Assembly (NCBI GenBank): GCA_030141605.1
Contig: JAQGDQ010000060.1
Span: forward strand, 434,001-498,000
Reading direction: 5' to 3'
Source of the DNA: Tubiluchus corallicola
Lineage: Eukaryota > Animalia > Priapulida
DNA length: 64,000 nt
In this document: one piece after another, positions 61,501-64,000 of the stretch
Position numbering within the stretch: the first letter of the stretch is position 1
Layout: the number at the start of each line of letters is the position of its first letter
Program-made: the position numbers and the translations under genes
The notes under the pieces: generated by a model
The model's input: only the letters and a program-made list of their open reading frames with translations
The model's database searches: none
Told to the model about the DNA's origin: nothing

Positions 61501-61699
61501 TCTTTTAAAATAAAATCTAATTTAACTCTAATAAAGGATACAATTTTGTAAAAGTCTTTGAAACTAAAAATTTCCTATAAATAAATTTTACTTCATAATT
61601 ATTATATTATATGTTATTTATGAACAAGAGTTTTTTTACAGTTAATCAAGGAAGTCTATGTAATCAAGATGGAAAGGAAATCATTGCAGCTGGAATTTT

Positions 61700-63200
61700 A
61701 GCTTCCTCAGCACTGACCCGTGGTGACGTATTAATTACTATTAATTTAATAATTCCAAAATGATAGGTTACCTTTTGACCATGGCGAGCCTCCAACGACA
61801 CAATCATACCACGCGAAAATCTTTGGAAATTAAAGTCGACTAAACATTTATGTAAAAGAATACCGGTATTGCCTAAATGAGACTGTGTAAGTTTTTGTGT
61901 GAAGTGATGCAGCAGATTATTATGATGATACGTGATAACAATTGTATTTAAAGATGCCAAGCTTCACGTAAAACTAGGCAATACTGTAGAAAGAAGTTTC
62001 GGAACATTGGGTGACCCTCAAGGTAACTGTCTCAGCCCAGTGGCACAGAAGCATGCGTAATTATAATAATTTTTCATTCAAGTAAGGCGAGTGTGTTAAT
62101 GACCGTATGGTGGTACATTCACTTTGCACTACTCAAACTATTTTATTGATTATTGATCTGTTTGACATTGTATTTTTTGATGTGTGAAAAATAAATTCAT
62201 AGTTCATACTCATAGTGGTTTTCACGTTGTATTTAGCCAATGGTGAAGCACTCCAAAACAAAGATTCACTTACAGATCATGATTGCCATACCTCCTCCGA
62301 GTAAATCTTCATTTCTACATGGTCAATCACACTTATCCTGTAAGATGTCCCTAATAGACCAACAGTATGCTGACGACATTGGGTGGATTAGAGTTTCAAA
62401 ATTCTGCATGGATTCCATTATAAAAGATAGATAGATAGATAATTTACCTATTGTAATACGTACAAAAAAAACAATTACATAGCAAAATAAATTGTTAGTA
62501 TTAGCGAAAGGGTGGCGAAAAAACCCTAGAGTTTGGCAAATCAACAAAACCTCAATGTCAATAACATGAAAACTGAAGAATATTACATTTCAAGGGATGG
62601 AGATCAACAACTCTGGAAATATTGCAAATAAGTGAGATCACTACTTAAAGCAGAAGGTAATTTATCAAACATAGGAAACTCCGGGCAAAGCATGGTTCGA
62701 CCCAAAGTAAATAAATTCTTATCAGCAAGAAATTATCCCTGAAAACATGGCTGCAACTCTTCAATGTATATGTAACTAGTATCTTCAAGTTCAATAATGA
62801 AATGAGGAGTTTGACTGTAATGCAGGCCAGAGAAATAGATGTATTGCCGAGATATGTTAAACATAAAATGACCATATATCATTTCAACAAAATCAAAGAG
62901 CAGCTTTGGGGCACTAAAATTAAAATCAGAAGGTTTAGATGGGTAGGACATTTAATGAGATTGCCAGAAACAACACCAGTAAGATTAGCATTAAACGAGA
63001 TTAGCATTACATGCTAAACCAAAAAAAAACTTAAGAAGATATCAAGAATTAATAGGCCCTAAAGATTTACAACAGCTGAGACCAAACTTAACAGTAGCAT
63101 CACAGGAGTTGAAAATTTTATCTGTAGACAGGAAACAGTGAGGTGTTTTAATAAAGGATAGAGGCTCTATGTCTACAGTAGATGTTTAGAACAACAGAAG
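61700..63200 (+). mobile_element. Decayed non-LTR retrotransposon reverse transcriptase region
   Basis: GDPQGNCLSP near 62010-62040, QQYADDIGWI near 62360, RRFRWVGHLMRLPETTP at 62930-62980; many stops and frameshifts; interrupted by a short insert at about 62045-62213. Confidence 0.75.
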
Positions 63201-63217
63201 AAGAAAAGAAGGAGATG

Positions 63218-63433
63218 CTGCATCGGTGCTGAGAAGCCACTGGCATAGTGCCAGTGTGATACTGCATCGGTGCTGAGAAGCCACTGGCATAGTGCCGGTG
63301 TGATACTGCATTGGTGCTGAGAAGCCACTGGCATAGTGCCAGTGTGATACTGCATCGGTGCTGAGAAGCCACTGGCATAGTGCCGGTGTGATACTGCATC
63401 GGTGCTGAGAAGTCACTGGCATAGTGCCAGTGT
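63218..63433. repeat. 44-bp minisatellite x5 with internal hairpin
   Basis: Unit CTGCATCGGTGCTGAGAAGCCACTGGCATAGTGCCRGTGTGATA. Confidence 0.93.
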
Positions 63434-64000
63434 ATACTGTTTGCAGAACTTATTGCAGCTTTTGCCTATTTCAGGGCTTATTTCTTTTATTTAAGAATTC
63501 AGCCTGCCCAGTGTTTGCAGTAAATGAAAAGAGCATTCAATAATGATATTTTTGTACCTTCAAGAATAGGTCTAAAAATATAAAACTAAGGAATTTTCAT
63601 TAATGAATTCATCCTTTTGCCGGGAAAGGGAGGAAATATTAGGTTGTTGGTGTTGCTTACTAAAATAACCCAACAAGAAAGGTCTTTCTGTCAGTGCTAA
63701 GCTTTCAAAATAAAACATGCGTTACACCGCAATTTTGCACCTTCCCTGATTTCTATCAGTTGCATGCACTTGTTTGATCGGTGCAAAAATAGTGAGGATT
63801 CTCGTGTGATTCGTTTTATTAATCTGCTGAAGCCACTAAATTACAAAATTTCTTAAACAGGTATCCAAATTATTATTAGCCATTAGACATACCAATTTAC
63901 TAAATTACCAAAATTTATAATTATTCACTTCACTCCTCAATTATGCAGATTCATACCATAGAGTAATAACCTTAATAAAGCTAAAAGTTACTACTATTAT

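Overview
AT-rich animal (probably marine invertebrate) genomic DNA, not prokaryotic, with one 633-nt assembly gap. Protein-coding content: (1) a complete 13-coding-exon peroxisomal carnitine O-octanoyltransferase gene (CROT-like, minus strand, 29972-51869, 620 aa, ending in the PTS1 tripeptide AKL), rebuilt by hand from GT-AG splice sites with consistent phases; (2) two tandem intronless class A GPCR genes (plus strand, about 90% aa identity) immediately upstream of the CROT start codon and possibly nested in its 5'UTR intron. The rest is mostly Tc1/pogo-type and hAT-type MITEs, LINE relics, a 5S rRNA-headed SINE family (3 copies) and many minisatellites. The top finding is a twister-ribozyme core at the exact 5' end of a TSD-flanked, internally deleted RTE-type retroelement (about 20996-21490), where the insertion starts at the predicted self-cleavage site. 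Others: a decayed Penelope-type hammerhead in a CROT intron, a 39-bp repeat with codon-like substitution bias reading (AENGDLDDDDSNG)n, satellites born at transposon ends, and a putative non-coding spliced transcript at the left end. All calls come from reading the sequence by eye; no searches were run.
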